Assembly: GCA_964647595.1 (NCBI GenBank)
Contig: CAZYGH010000016.1
Location: 16,368-80,367 of the forward strand
Direction: 5' to 3'
DNA: 64,000 nucleotides
Origin: an uncultured Verrucomicrobiota bacterium
GTDB taxonomy: Bacteria > Verrucomicrobiota > Kiritimatiellia > CAIQIC01 > Lenti-01
The notes beneath the pieces were generated by a model. The model did no database searches. It saw only the letters and a program-made list of their open reading frames with translations, and was not told the origin of the DNA. The position numbers and the translations under genes were made by a program. Below, piece by piece: positions 18,100-27,077 of the stretch (position 1 is the stretch's first letter; each line of letters starts with the position of its first letter).

Positions 18100-19647
18100 A
18101 TGGCGCGACACACGGCCAGTTGGGCGGTGCGGCTCTGTGCGGGTTTCGCCCTGTGGATACTGGGGATTTCAACGGCTGTTGGACAAGATCCGCTCGATCT
18201 TTTTTCGCCCTCACCCGTCTCCCCTTCTGCACGTAAAACGACTGCCGCAACCGACACGCATCCGCTCGATATCCACTTTGAGGCGTTGCTTTCCGGTGCC
18301 GTTGTTTCCAACACGCTGATTCGGTGCGAGCCGGAACCCGGCATTTTTTTCACGGCCCGCGTCAGCCGCATCGAGACGGATGTCAACGGCACCCTCACGC
18401 TCTGGGCTCCGTTGGAGGGTCGCGAGTTCGCCCACTTTTCGTTGTCGGTGACCGAAAACCAAGCGCTGGGCGAAATTTTGTTGCCGGACGAGCAACGGCG
18501 TTATGTCATTCGCTTCGACGCCGCAAACAATCAAAACGTGGCGGGAACGTTGACGGATGAACAGGTCGATGAGCTTCCGTCCAGCCCCTCGATTGTGCCA
18601 CCCCTCCCCAGTCCCACTGTTTCCAACGCAAAAAAAACATCGCTACCCCTGTCGGATATCGCCAATGACGGCAACACCGTCATCGACCTGCTCATCGTGT
18701 ATACACCCGCCGCCGCCACGTGGGCGGGCGGCACGGCGGGCATCAACAACGTCATCGCCCAAGCCATGTCTCGTGCGCAAACGGCGATGGATAATTCCCA
18801 TATCGCCATCACGTTCCGTTTGGCTCATTCCACCCAAATTTCGTATACGGAAAGCGGCAGTTCCAACACCGATATCGATCGCCTGCAAAAAACCTCCGAC
18901 GGCCATATGGACAGTGTTCACACCTTGAGAAACCAGTACGGCGCCGACATTGTCACCCTCATGACCACCGCCAGCGACACCGGCGGGTTGGGCTATTTGC
19001 TGGACAGCACCAGCGGCATGCCCACCTATGCGTTCAATCTCACGCGTGTTCAACAATCTGCCACCAGCTATACGGTCATTCACGAAGTCGGTCACAACAT
19101 GGGCGCGCACCACCACAAAGCCCAAACGGTTCAGCCCGGCCCCGGCCTCTATAGCTATGCGGCGGGCTGGCGCTGGACCGGCACCAACGGCCTGCGCTAT
19201 TGCTCCGTGATGAGCTACGACAGCGGCACCTATTTTTCCGACGGCCTCACCCATACCCGCGTGGGCTATTTCTCCAACCCCAACGTGAATCATCAAGGCG
19301 TGAGTACCGGGGATGCAGCCAACGGCGACAACGCGCGCACTCTCAGCAATATCCGCGGCGTGGTTTCAGCCTACCGGGCCGCCGCCAGCCTGCCGTTTTG
19401 GTGCAGCGCCACTCCCCTGAACAATCAAATTCAGTTGCGCTGGGAAGATCCGCTGGAATGCGGTTTTTCCTCCAAGATCGTCCACATCCGAAGCGGTTCC
19501 ACCAATTATCCCGCCGCCACCAACCAAGGCACCTTTGTGTATCAGGGAACGGCCGATTCGTTCTTGCACACCAACCCGGTTTCCCGACAACCCAACTATT
19601 ACACCATTTGGCTTTCCAACGACGGCGCCACGTTCGTCGAACCTTGA
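18100..19647 (+). CDS. Secreted metzincin zinc metallopeptidase (reprolysin-like/M12B-M72 type) with conserved C-terminal domain
   Basis: HEVGHNMGAHH zinc motif, CSVMSY Met-turn, IDLLIVYTP and FSNP motifs. Signal peptide MARHTASW...ISTAVG (ATG 18100 preferred over 18076). Confidence 0.85.
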   Translation: MARHTASWAVRLCAGFALWILGISTAVGQDPLDLFSPSPVSPSARKTTAATDTHPLDIHFEALLSGAVVSNTLIRCEPEPGIFFTARVSRIETDVNGTLTLWAPLEGREFAHFSLSVTENQALGEILLPDEQRRYVIRFDAANNQNVAGTLTDEQVDELPSSPSIVPPLPSPTVSNAKKTSLPLSDIANDGNTVIDLLIVYTPAAATWAGGTAGINNVIAQAMSRAQTAMDNSHIAITFRLAHSTQISYTESGSSNTDIDRLQKTSDGHMDSVHTLRNQYGADIVTLMTTASDTGGLGYLLDSTSGMPTYAFNLTRVQQSATSYTVIHEVGHNMGAHHHKAQTVQPGPGLYSYAAGWRWTGTNGLRYCSVMSYDSGTYFSDGLTHTRVGYFSNPNVNHQGVSTGDAANGDNARTLSNIRGVVSAYRAAASLPFWCSATPLNNQIQLRWEDPLECGFSSKIVHIRSGSTNYPAATNQGTFVYQGTADSFLHTNPVSRQPNYYTIWLSNDGATFVEP

Positions 19648-19659
19648 GAAGGAACCGAT

Positions 19660-20376
19660 ATGAAAAAATGGCTACAACTCGCGGCTCTACTCGGATGCTG
19701 GGCCCCGCTGGCCTCCCACGCCAACGATGCCGGCGATCTGGTGTTCCCCACCGATTTCACGGATTACGTCCGCTGGGAAGTTCGCTACGAGAATCTGCAC
19801 CGCGACATCAAGGTCACCTCCGAATCGCCGCGCGCCGATGACCGGCTGAATGCCGACGTCCTGGCGCTGAAAGCCAACCTCGGCTGGATTCCCAATGTGC
19901 GGCTCGATTTCGAAGTGGGCGGCATGCAAACCGACAGCGGAAGTCCCGCGCTACTGGGCGGCGCCGGCTTGCGCTATCTGGCCTTCGATCATGGCCCGTG
20001 GCGCGTGGGCGGTTTCGGACAGTTGCAATATGTGGCCAATCTGTCCGACAAACAAGATTTGGTCGGCGTGGGCAACGTGGATGTGGATTACAATCTGTTA
20101 GGAGTGGATATCGGGGCGCTGGCCTCCTATCGGTTCCGGGTGGCCGATCAATTTGCCGTGGTTCCCTATGCGGGGCCCCTCCTCTCGCTCATGCGAATGA
20201 GCGGCGATATTCAGGAGTCGGCCCGATCCGGCGAAAGTTATGAAGCCAAGGAAAGCCAGTTCTTTGGCGCGGCCGTCGGTGTTAGTTTGGAATCCGAAGG
20301 GGTCAATGGCATTCGGCTGGAAATGCGCCTGTTCGATGCGGTGAGCATTTCTCTTGCGGCAGCCTACGTGTTTTAA
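19660..20376 (+). CDS. Putative outer-membrane beta-barrel protein
   Basis: Signal peptide MKKWLQLAALLGCWAPLASHA, amphipathic alternating strands, C-terminal ...SLAAAYVF (terminal Phe). Confidence 0.7.
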   Translation: MKKWLQLAALLGCWAPLASHANDAGDLVFPTDFTDYVRWEVRYENLHRDIKVTSESPRADDRLNADVLALKANLGWIPNVRLDFEVGGMQTDSGSPALLGGAGLRYLAFDHGPWRVGGFGQLQYVANLSDKQDLVGVGNVDVDYNLLGVDIGALASYRFRVADQFAVVPYAGPLLSLMRMSGDIQESARSGESYEAKESQFFGAAVGVSLESEGVNGIRLEMRLFDAVSISLAAAYVF

Positions 20377-20403
20377 GTTGGCCGATACGGAAAGGAGCAT
20401 CTC

Positions 20404-21117
20404 ATGGAAGTGGCTGGAACCATCAATCTATTTCGTAACATGAAGGAAACGATCGAGTTTTCTCCCATCGCCGTCGAGCAGCAAGGCCGCGAAGCCTCCC
20501 CCGACAAGACCAGCCGAACAGCGGAAGCAGACGCTTCTCGCGAGGACACGTTCACGCTCTCCGATCGCGGGCGCGCCGTCGCCGAACTCGAACAACCCGG
20601 TGCCGTCCAAAACGAACAGGCCAGCGTCGAAAAAGAACAGGACAACCGCGAGACCGAGGAAAAAGAGAAGGAAAAGCAGGAGACCCAAGACGGCGAAGAG
20701 AAGCCCCGCGCCGAGTCCAGCACCCAAGTCACTCCAGAAGAACAACAGGTCGTGGACGAATTGCGCAGCACGGATCAAAAAGTGCGCACCCACGAGCAGG
20801 CCCATGCCGCAGCGGGCGGCCACAACGTGCGCTACGAATACGAAACCGGCCCCGATGGTCGCCAATATGCGGTGGCAGGAACCACCGATATTGATATTTA
20901 CGCCGCCGGAAATGACCCCGATGGCAAAATGGCGCAAGCCCAGAAAATGCGTTCTGCCGCGCTGGCTCCGGCCGATCCGTCCGGCCAAGATTTAGCCGTC
21001 GCCGCCAAGGCCACGCGCCTCGAAATGGATGCCCGCCGCGAAAAAGCCGATGCCGAGCTCGAAGAAATGGTGAGCGCCTCCTCCTCCCAAACCAAGCAAC
21101 TGATCTACGACTTCTAA
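20404..21117 (+). CDS. SprA-related family protein (putative HExxH metalloprotein)
   Basis: Acidic low-complexity N-half, then D.KVRTHEQAHAAAGG...YEYETGPDGRQYAVAG...ALAPADPSGQDLAVAA, the family signature. Confidence 0.8.
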   Translation: MEVAGTINLFRNMKETIEFSPIAVEQQGREASPDKTSRTAEADASREDTFTLSDRGRAVAELEQPGAVQNEQASVEKEQDNRETEEKEKEKQETQDGEEKPRAESSTQVTPEEQQVVDELRSTDQKVRTHEQAHAAAGGHNVRYEYETGPDGRQYAVAGTTDIDIYAAGNDPDGKMAQAQKMRSAALAPADPSGQDLAVAAKATRLEMDARREKADAELEEMVSASSSQTKQLIYDF

Positions 21118-21149
21118 CCATTGGCCGTTGGAATGGATCCCAGTTGAAC

Positions 21150-22272
21150 TTACTGAACCGCTTCGCCGCGATTCTGCTTCAGCCAGGCCTCAATAAAGAG
21201 ATCCAAGTCCCCGTCTAACACCGCATCTGCCTGCCCCGTCTCCGCCTCGGTTCGATGATCCTTCACCATCGTGTATGGCTGCAACACATAGGAGCGAATC
21301 TGGTGTCCCCACGCAATCTCGCCTTTGTCGCCATAAAACTGTTCCATCTCGCGGCGCTTTTTGTCCTGCTCCAACTCGTAAATCTTCGCGCGCAGAATTT
21401 TCATCGCCTTGTTGCGGTTCGATCCTTGGCTACGTTCCGCCTGGCAGGCCACCACAATGCCCGTCGGTAAATGGGTCAATCGAATCGCGCTATCCGTCTT
21501 GTTGACGTGCTGCCCCCCCGCCCCGCCCGACCGATATGTATCCACCCTCAAATCTTTTTCGTCAATCTCCACCACGATGTCGTCGCTGATTTCCGCCACC
21601 ACATCCAGCGAAGCAAACGACGTATGCCGCCGCTTGGCCGAATCGAACGGGCTAATGCGGACCAGCCGATGCACGCCCCGCTCCGCCTTCAAAAAACCAT
21701 ACGCCCATGGACCGCTCACCATCAGCGTCACGCTCTTCACCCCCGCCTCATCGCCGGGCTGAAAGTCCACCGTCGACACCGTAAAACCGTGTTGCAAACA
21801 ATAGCGGTCATACATCCGCAATAGCATCGCCGCCCAATCGCACGACTCCGTCCCCCCCGCGCCCGCATGCAAGGTCAAAAACGCATTATTCGCATCAAAA
21901 CGCCCGATCATCAGCGATTGCAGTTCCACCTGCGCATATTGCGCTTCCAGTTTTTTTAACTGCTTATCCAGATCCAGTACATCCGGATGGTCCTCGGCCA
22001 CGTGCCCCTCCGCCTCCAAGAGGCCAGCCATCAACTCCAGCTCCTCCTGCCCCGCCACGAGTTTCTCGTACGGCCCCGTCACCGCCTCCAACCCGTTCTT
22101 CTTCTCGATCAACGCGCGCGCCGCTGCCGCATCGTTCCAAAAGTCCGGCGTCGACATCTGCTGCGTCAGTTCCTCAATCGTTTTCTTTTTGCCAACAACG
22201 TCAAAGATAACCTCTCATTCCTGCGAGGTGTTCTTTCAGGGTCGCCAATCGCGATGAAAGCTCGTCCAACAT
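21150..22272 (-). CDS. prfB: Peptide chain release factor 2, expressed via +1 programmed frameshift
   Basis: ATG 22272 gives MLDELSSRLATLKEHLAGMRGYL, then CTT TGA C, and the +1 frame continues DVVGKKK...MSTPDFW. SPF anticodon-mimic and GGQ motifs are present. Confidence 0.95.
22200..22215 (-). promoter_or_regulatory. RF2 autoregulatory +1 frameshift site with internal SD-like sequence
   Basis: Minus strand reads AGA GGT TAT CTT TGA C (compare E. coli AGG GGG TAT CTT TGA C). Confidence 0.93.
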
Positions 22273-22284
22273 ATTTCCTTTTCT

Positions 22285-22360
22285 GAGGTTCAGAGGTTCA
22301 CGGTTCAGGGTTCACGGTTTCCCGTCAATTCCCATCCTGCAAATCCTGTTCATCCTGTCA
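22285..22360. repeat. Two short tandem arrays between lnt and prfB (GGTTCA x4 at 7-8 bp spacing; ATCCTG x3 at 9 bp spacing)
   Basis: gaggttca gaggttca cggttca gggttca cggtt at 22285-22319; ATCCTG at 22334, 22343 and 22352. Confidence 0.7.
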
Positions 22361-23893
22361 AAAAACTCTCTGCTTCTTTCGTTTCCACATCGCCGTCGCC
22401 AGCCACAATATCGTAGCCACCGCACAAGCGATGCCATACATATCCCCGAAACGGGTGTAGAACGTCAAGGACATCCCATCCGACGGCACGGCCACATCCG
22501 CCCACAACACCCCGGGTCCCGCCGTTTGCCCTTTTTCATCCGACAACACGGACGCCACCCGTCCCGAAGGCTCAATCACGCACGTCACCCCCGTGTTGGC
22601 CGCCCGCACCAGCGGCACGCGGTTTTCCACGGCCCGCAACACCGCATTGCGCATATGTTGCCTCGGGGCCATCACGTCATCAAACCATGCATCATTCGTC
22701 ACATTCACCAACATCCGCGCCCCATCCCGCACATCCGCCCGCGCCAGAGCCGGCAAAATGTCCTCAAAACAAATCAACGGTGACAGCGGAATCCGCCCCT
22801 TGCCCGCCCGGAATACAGCGCCCTCTTTTCCCGACGAAATGCTCACCGGCATTCCCATCGCCAACCGCCAACTCCACGGAATCCAGCTCTCCATCGGGAT
22901 AAACTCACCAAATGCCACCAGATGCCGCTTGTCATACTCCCCCACCATGCGCCCCTCTTCATCAAACAAAAAGGCGCTGTTGAAGTAGTTGGGCTCACCC
23001 GAATCGAGCGTCGCCAAATCCAACGACCCCGTCAGAATCTGCGTTCCATTGGTGCACAAATTCCAAACCAACGAATAGCTCAGCTCGCTATTGCGCACCT
23101 CGTCTGGCAGCGCCGTCTCCGGCCAAATCACAACCTCCACCCTCGGATCGGCCTGCGCCTGAAGCGTCAGTTCCTTCAATCGGGCATAAATCATTTTGAT
23201 TTTGGCCGTGACCCACTTTTCATCCTGCGGAATCGCCGTCTGCACCAGCGCCACCCGAATCGAACGTTTCGGCGTTTCCAGCCGCTCCACCCGCCATGCC
23301 CCCCAGCCCAGCACCGCCACAACCGTCACGCCACAAAGCGCCCAAGCTCGCCACTCCCGCCGCTCCACCACCGCCCACACCACGACCCCGTTCACAAACA
23401 CCGCCAACCCCGACACCAACCAAACCCCTCCCACTTCCGCCAATTGGATCGCCGGCAACCACGGTGTCAGCCCCACCCCCAGTAAATTCCACGGAAATCC
23501 GCCACCAATCCATCCTCGTAAAAACTCGCCCCCGCACCACACCACCGCCAGCGAACCCGCAAACCCCGCCGCCCCCCCTCTCCAGCGATTTGCGACCCAA
23601 ATCGTCGGCAGCACAAAAAGCGCACAATACGCACTCATGAACACCCAGCCCAACACCGTCACATGCGTCAACCATCGGATGCTCAACAGCCAAAACAGAA
23701 ACCCCGACACCCACCCCATCCTCATCGCCATCCGGAACGACACGCGCCTCGCCATCCCCAACACCGGCACGAGCGCCACACCCGTTGCCCACGCCCACTC
23801 CAACGGTGAAAATACCGCAAACAAAAGAAACCCCGACACCACGGCACAAGCCGCCGCCAGCCATTCTTCTCGATTGGAAGCCGTCATCTTCAT
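22358..23893 (-). CDS. lnt: Apolipoprotein N-acyltransferase (start 23893 or 23923; the ORF track extends to 23992)
   Basis: GGFPWNLLG, IWPETA (catalytic E), YDKRHLVAFGEFIP (K), LICFED (C), NVTNDAWF, RAVENR, RAANTGVT. Confidence 0.93.
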   Translation of the reverse strand: MKMTASNREEWLAAACAVVSGFLLFAVFSPLEWAWATGVALVPVLGMARRVSFRMAMRMGWVSGFLFWLLSIRWLTHVTVLGWVFMSAYCALFVLPTIWVANRWRGGAAGFAGSLAVVWCGGEFLRGWIGGGFPWNLLGVGLTPWLPAIQLAEVGGVWLVSGLAVFVNGVVVWAVVERREWRAWALCGVTVVAVLGWGAWRVERLETPKRSIRVALVQTAIPQDEKWVTAKIKMIYARLKELTLQAQADPRVEVVIWPETALPDEVRNSELSYSLVWNLCTNGTQILTGSLDLATLDSGEPNYFNSAFLFDEEGRMVGEYDKRHLVAFGEFIPMESWIPWSWRLAMGMPVSISSGKEGAVFRAGKGRIPLSPLICFEDILPALARADVRDGARMLVNVTNDAWFDDVMAPRQHMRNAVLRAVENRVPLVRAANTGVTCVIEPSGRVASVLSDEKGQTAGPGVLWADVAVPSDGMSLTFYTRFGDMYGIACAVATILWLATAMWKRKKQRVF

Positions 23894-24018
23894 TGGCCGG
23901 GCATTCTGCCACACCCTTCCCATCCCGCAACCCTCGATTTCTGCCCATACCACCCCCCGGGCTACTTCATCTGCAATAGCCCCGATCAACAATGATACGA
24001 CTTATGGCAAAGAGCCGT

Positions 24019-24285
24019 CTAGATTCCAGCACCGCCCTCGAAAACGCCCGACAGTTCGTGCAACGTGGCATCTTCGTCCGGCCCCTCTGCGGTAACATTC
24101 AAAAAGGTCCCCTTGACCGCACCCAACGTCAGCAACTGCAAAATGGAATTGGCATTCGCAATGGGACACCCTTCGCACGTCACCCGCACGTCCGAGCGGT
24201 GCTGTTGCACGGTCTTCACGATTTCGGCCGCCACCCGCAGGTGAACACCGCCTTCGTTTTGGACAACCCATTGGCTTGTTTTCAT
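24019..24285 (-). CDS. ptsH: HPr family phosphocarrier protein
   Basis: From MKTSQW (24285): His15 in GGVHLRVAA, regulatory Ser in NANSILQLLTLG, and AEGPDE. Contains an unusual CEGC. Confidence 0.85.
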   Translation of the reverse strand: MKTSQWVVQNEGGVHLRVAAEIVKTVQQHRSDVRVTCEGCPIANANSILQLLTLGAVKGTFLNVTAEGPDEDATLHELSGVFEGGAGI

Positions 24286-24355
24286 GTTTTCATTTGCTTT
24301 TTGAGGGCAGGCACGACATCCCGACATTCGAGATGCCGTGCCGACTGTGTGGGAC

Positions 24356-25648
24356 CTATGAAACCGTTTTCTTCAAGGCTTGATCGATATCGGCCTGAAT
24401 ATCTTCCAAATCCTCCAAGCCGACGGACAAACGGATATAATCTTCCGTGACACCTGCCTCCGCTTGCTCTGCGGCCGTCAACTGCTGATGCGTGGTGGAG
24501 GCCGGGTGAATCACCAAACTCTTGGAGTCGCCAATGTTCGCCAAGTGCGACAACAGCTCCACAGAGTCGATGAATTTCTTGCCGGCTTCCTTGCCGCCTT
24601 TGACCCCAAAGCCCACCAACCCGCCGAACCCTTTCTTCAGGTATTGGATAGCATTCTCATGACTAGGATCGTCCGATAACCCCGGATACACCACCCAACT
24701 CACGAGCGGATGTTGCTTCAGCCACTTTGCAATGGCCAACGCATTTTCCGAATGGCGCTTCTGGCGAAGGGGCAAAGTCTCCAAGCCCAACAAAAACTCA
24801 TGAGCATTGAACGGGCTCAGCGCCGCGCCCATGTCACGCAACAATGTCACTCGGACCTTCAAAATGAAGGCCACATTGCCCATGCCGGGCACATCGCCCA
24901 GCGCATCCCAAAACTGTAATCCGTGGTAACTGGGGTCGGGATCTGTGAATTCCGGAAACTTACCGTTGTTCCATTTGAACTTTCCCGAATCCACAATCAC
25001 GCCGCCCACCGATGTCCCGTGGCCGCCGATGTATTTCGTGGCCGACGAAGCCAAGATATCTGCACCATGATCGATCGGACGAACCAACCCAACTCCAACG
25101 GTGTTATCCACCACCAACGGCAACCCGTTCTCGTGGGCAATCTTCGCGATCGCGTCAAAATCCGGCACATCCAACTTCGGATTTCCAATGGTCTCAATGT
25201 AGATCGCTCTCGTCTTGTCGGTGATGGCTTTTCTAAAATCCTCCGGATGGCGCGAATTCACAAACCTCACGGTCCGCCCCAACTTGGGGAAGGTGTGATG
25301 AAGAAGCTGATACGTACCACCGTAGAGGTTGTTGCCAGCCACAATCTCGTCGCCCAGACGTGTGATAGCCAACAAGGCATAGGTGATGGCCGCCTGCCCC
25401 GAAGCCACGCCTAGCGCACCGGTTCCACCTTCCAACGCAGCCACCCGCTTTTCAAACACATCGGTCGTGGGATTCATCAACCGCGTGTAAATGTTTCCAA
25501 ATTCTTTCAGCGCAAACAAATTGGCGGCGTGCTCCGAACTTTTGAAAACATAGGAAGAGGTTTGATAAATCGGAACCGCGCGCGAACCGGTGGTGGGGTC
25601 GGGCGTCTGTCCGGCATGTAAGGACAATGTGTGGATTCCTTGGCTCAT
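24356..25648 (-). CDS. metY: O-acetylhomoserine aminocarboxypropyltransferase (sulfhydrylase)
   Basis: [29 protein letters not shown] (PLP Lys), [21 protein letters not shown]. Confidence 0.93.
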   Translation of the reverse strand: MSQGIHTLSLHAGQTPDPTTGSRAVPIYQTSSYVFKSSEHAANLFALKEFGNIYTRLMNPTTDVFEKRVAALEGGTGALGVASGQAAITYALLAITRLGDEIVAGNNLYGGTYQLLHHTFPKLGRTVRFVNSRHPEDFRKAITDKTRAIYIETIGNPKLDVPDFDAIAKIAHENGLPLVVDNTVGVGLVRPIDHGADILASSATKYIGGHGTSVGGVIVDSGKFKWNNGKFPEFTDPDPSYHGLQFWDALGDVPGMGNVAFILKVRVTLLRDMGAALSPFNAHEFLLGLETLPLRQKRHSENALAIAKWLKQHPLVSWVVYPGLSDDPSHENAIQYLKKGFGGLVGFGVKGGKEAGKKFIDSVELLSHLANIGDSKSLVIHPASTTHQQLTAAEQAEAGVTEDYIRLSVGLEDLEDIQADIDQALKKTVS

Positions 25649-25770
25649 TCTAATTTCTCCTGTTGGCGTGTATTGTTAAACGGTTGGTGAATGGAATGCG
25701 ACAATAAGCAATAAGGCCAAATGCCTTTGGGGCGGCGCAGGCCATTGGCATCCAGTGTAGGGCGTTGCCC

Positions 25771-25827
25771 TTACCTGAACCCAATGGCCCATCTCATGGA
25801 AGAGCAAATTCTGCAATCAATGTTCAT
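25771..25827 (-). other. Candidate 18 aa leader peptide MNIDCRICSSMRWAIGFR upstream of metY, overlapping RNA stems
   Basis: ATG 25827 to TAA 25771. Two Cys and an internal Met. A 9 bp stem pairs 25740-25748 with 25781-25789, with an inner hairpin at 25759-25771. Confidence 0.5.
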
Positions 25828-25875
25828 GTTCTACGTTATTCTCGTTTTATCCAGTTAATCTAGCGAATGAGTAGA

Positions 25876-25903
25876 ATATTATCCAAGGCCGCCTCATTGT
25901 CAA
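25876..25903 (-). promoter_or_regulatory. Sigma70-type promoter for the leader/metY/HPr unit
   Basis: TTGACA-16 nt-TAATAT on the minus strand. Confidence 0.5.
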
Positions 25904-25939
25904 AAATAATTTTTGTATAAATTCTTTAATTCTGTCGTA

Positions 25940-25968
25940 TTGACAACGCCAAAGTCATAAAGGATAGT
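25940..25968 (+). promoter_or_regulatory. Sigma70-type promoter for cysK
   Basis: TTGACA-17 nt-GATAGT, about 50 bp before the cysK ATG, in an AT-rich divergent intergenic region. Confidence 0.55.
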
Positions 25969-26017
25969 ATTTCTATAGTAATTAACGTTTATAAATGAAA
26001 CCCACAAGGAACTCCAC

Positions 26018-26977
26018 ATGAGCAGAGTTTATCAAGACAACTCAGAATCGATTGGCAATACCCCCCTCGTTCGCCTCAACCATGTCACTCAGGGCGCAAA
26101 GGCCACCGTCCTGGCGAAGATCGAAGGCCGCAATCCCGCCTATTCCGTTAAATGCCGCATTGGTGCCGCCATGATTTGGGACGCCGAAATTCGTGGTCTA
26201 CTCAAGCCCGGTGTCGAAATCGTGGAGCCCACCAGCGGCAATACCGGCATTGCGCTGGCATATGTGGCGGCGGCACGGGGCTATAAACTCACGCTCACCA
26301 TGCCCGAAACCATGAGCATCGAGCGCCGCCGCGTCTTGGCCGCTCTCGGCGCCAACCTGATCCTTACTCCGGGCCCAGAGGGAATGAAAGGTGCCATTAA
26401 ACGCGCCGAAGAACTTGCCGCTTCTGACCCCGCTCGATACTACCTCCCCCAACAATTCAAAAATCCAGCGAACCCCGCGATACACGAAAAAACTACGGGT
26501 CCTGAAATCTGGAACGACACCGATGGCGACATTGACGTCCTCGTAGCTGGCGTCGGCACCGGCGGCACCCTTTCGGGAATTTCGCGATTCATTAAACAGA
26601 CCAAGGGTAAAAAAATAATATCCGTTGCCGTGGAGCCCAAGGAAAGCCCCGTCATTACTCAGCACCTCGCCGGACAAGAACTCAAACCCGCTCCCCACAA
26701 GATCCAAGGTATTGGCGCCGGCTTCATCCCCGATACGCTCGATCTGTCCATCGTGGATCGCGTTGAGCAAGTCGATTCCACCGAGGCCGTTGAAATGGCC
26801 CGGCGCCTCGCCAAAGAAGAAGGCATCCTGGTCGGTATCTCTTGCGGTGCCGCCGCCGCCGTCGCCGTGCGCCTCGCCAAACGGGACGAATTCGCCAACA
26901 AAACCATCGTCGTTATTCTCCCCGACGCTGGCGAGCGCTACCTCTCCACCGTACTGTTTGAAGGCATCGGAGGCTGA
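26018..26977 (+). CDS. cysK: Cysteine synthase A
   Basis: [18 protein letters not shown] (PLP Lys), [35 protein letters not shown]. Confidence 0.96.
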   Translation: MSRVYQDNSESIGNTPLVRLNHVTQGAKATVLAKIEGRNPAYSVKCRIGAAMIWDAEIRGLLKPGVEIVEPTSGNTGIALAYVAAARGYKLTLTMPETMSIERRRVLAALGANLILTPGPEGMKGAIKRAEELAASDPARYYLPQQFKNPANPAIHEKTTGPEIWNDTDGDIDVLVAGVGTGGTLSGISRFIKQTKGKKIISVAVEPKESPVITQHLAGQELKPAPHKIQGIGAGFIPDTLDLSIVDRVEQVDSTEAVEMARRLAKEEGILVGISCGAAAAVAVRLAKRDEFANKTIVVILPDAGERYLSTVLFEGIGG

Positions 26978-26993
26978 TCCACGATTCTCATCG

Positions 26994-27023
26994 CCCCCAA
27001 CTCCGAGTCACTTCGGAGGGGGG
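26994..27023. terminator. GC-rich hairpin between convergent cysK and murB
   Basis: ccccc-aa-ctccga-gtcact-tcggag-ggggg; no clear U-tract. Confidence 0.5.
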
Positions 27024-27077
27024 GGACTACGTGATTTTCAAGCGGACGCATCTTCTTTTCACATTGGCTCAAAACAA

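Noticed and set aside
25700-25860. SAM-I/SAM-II riboswitch or T-box upstream of metY
   Set aside because: I could not find the consensus elements (for example ATC.AGAG...GCAACC...GTGC for SAM-I or the T-box AAGGTGGTACC). Kept only as a leader-peptide hypothesis pending an Rfam scan.
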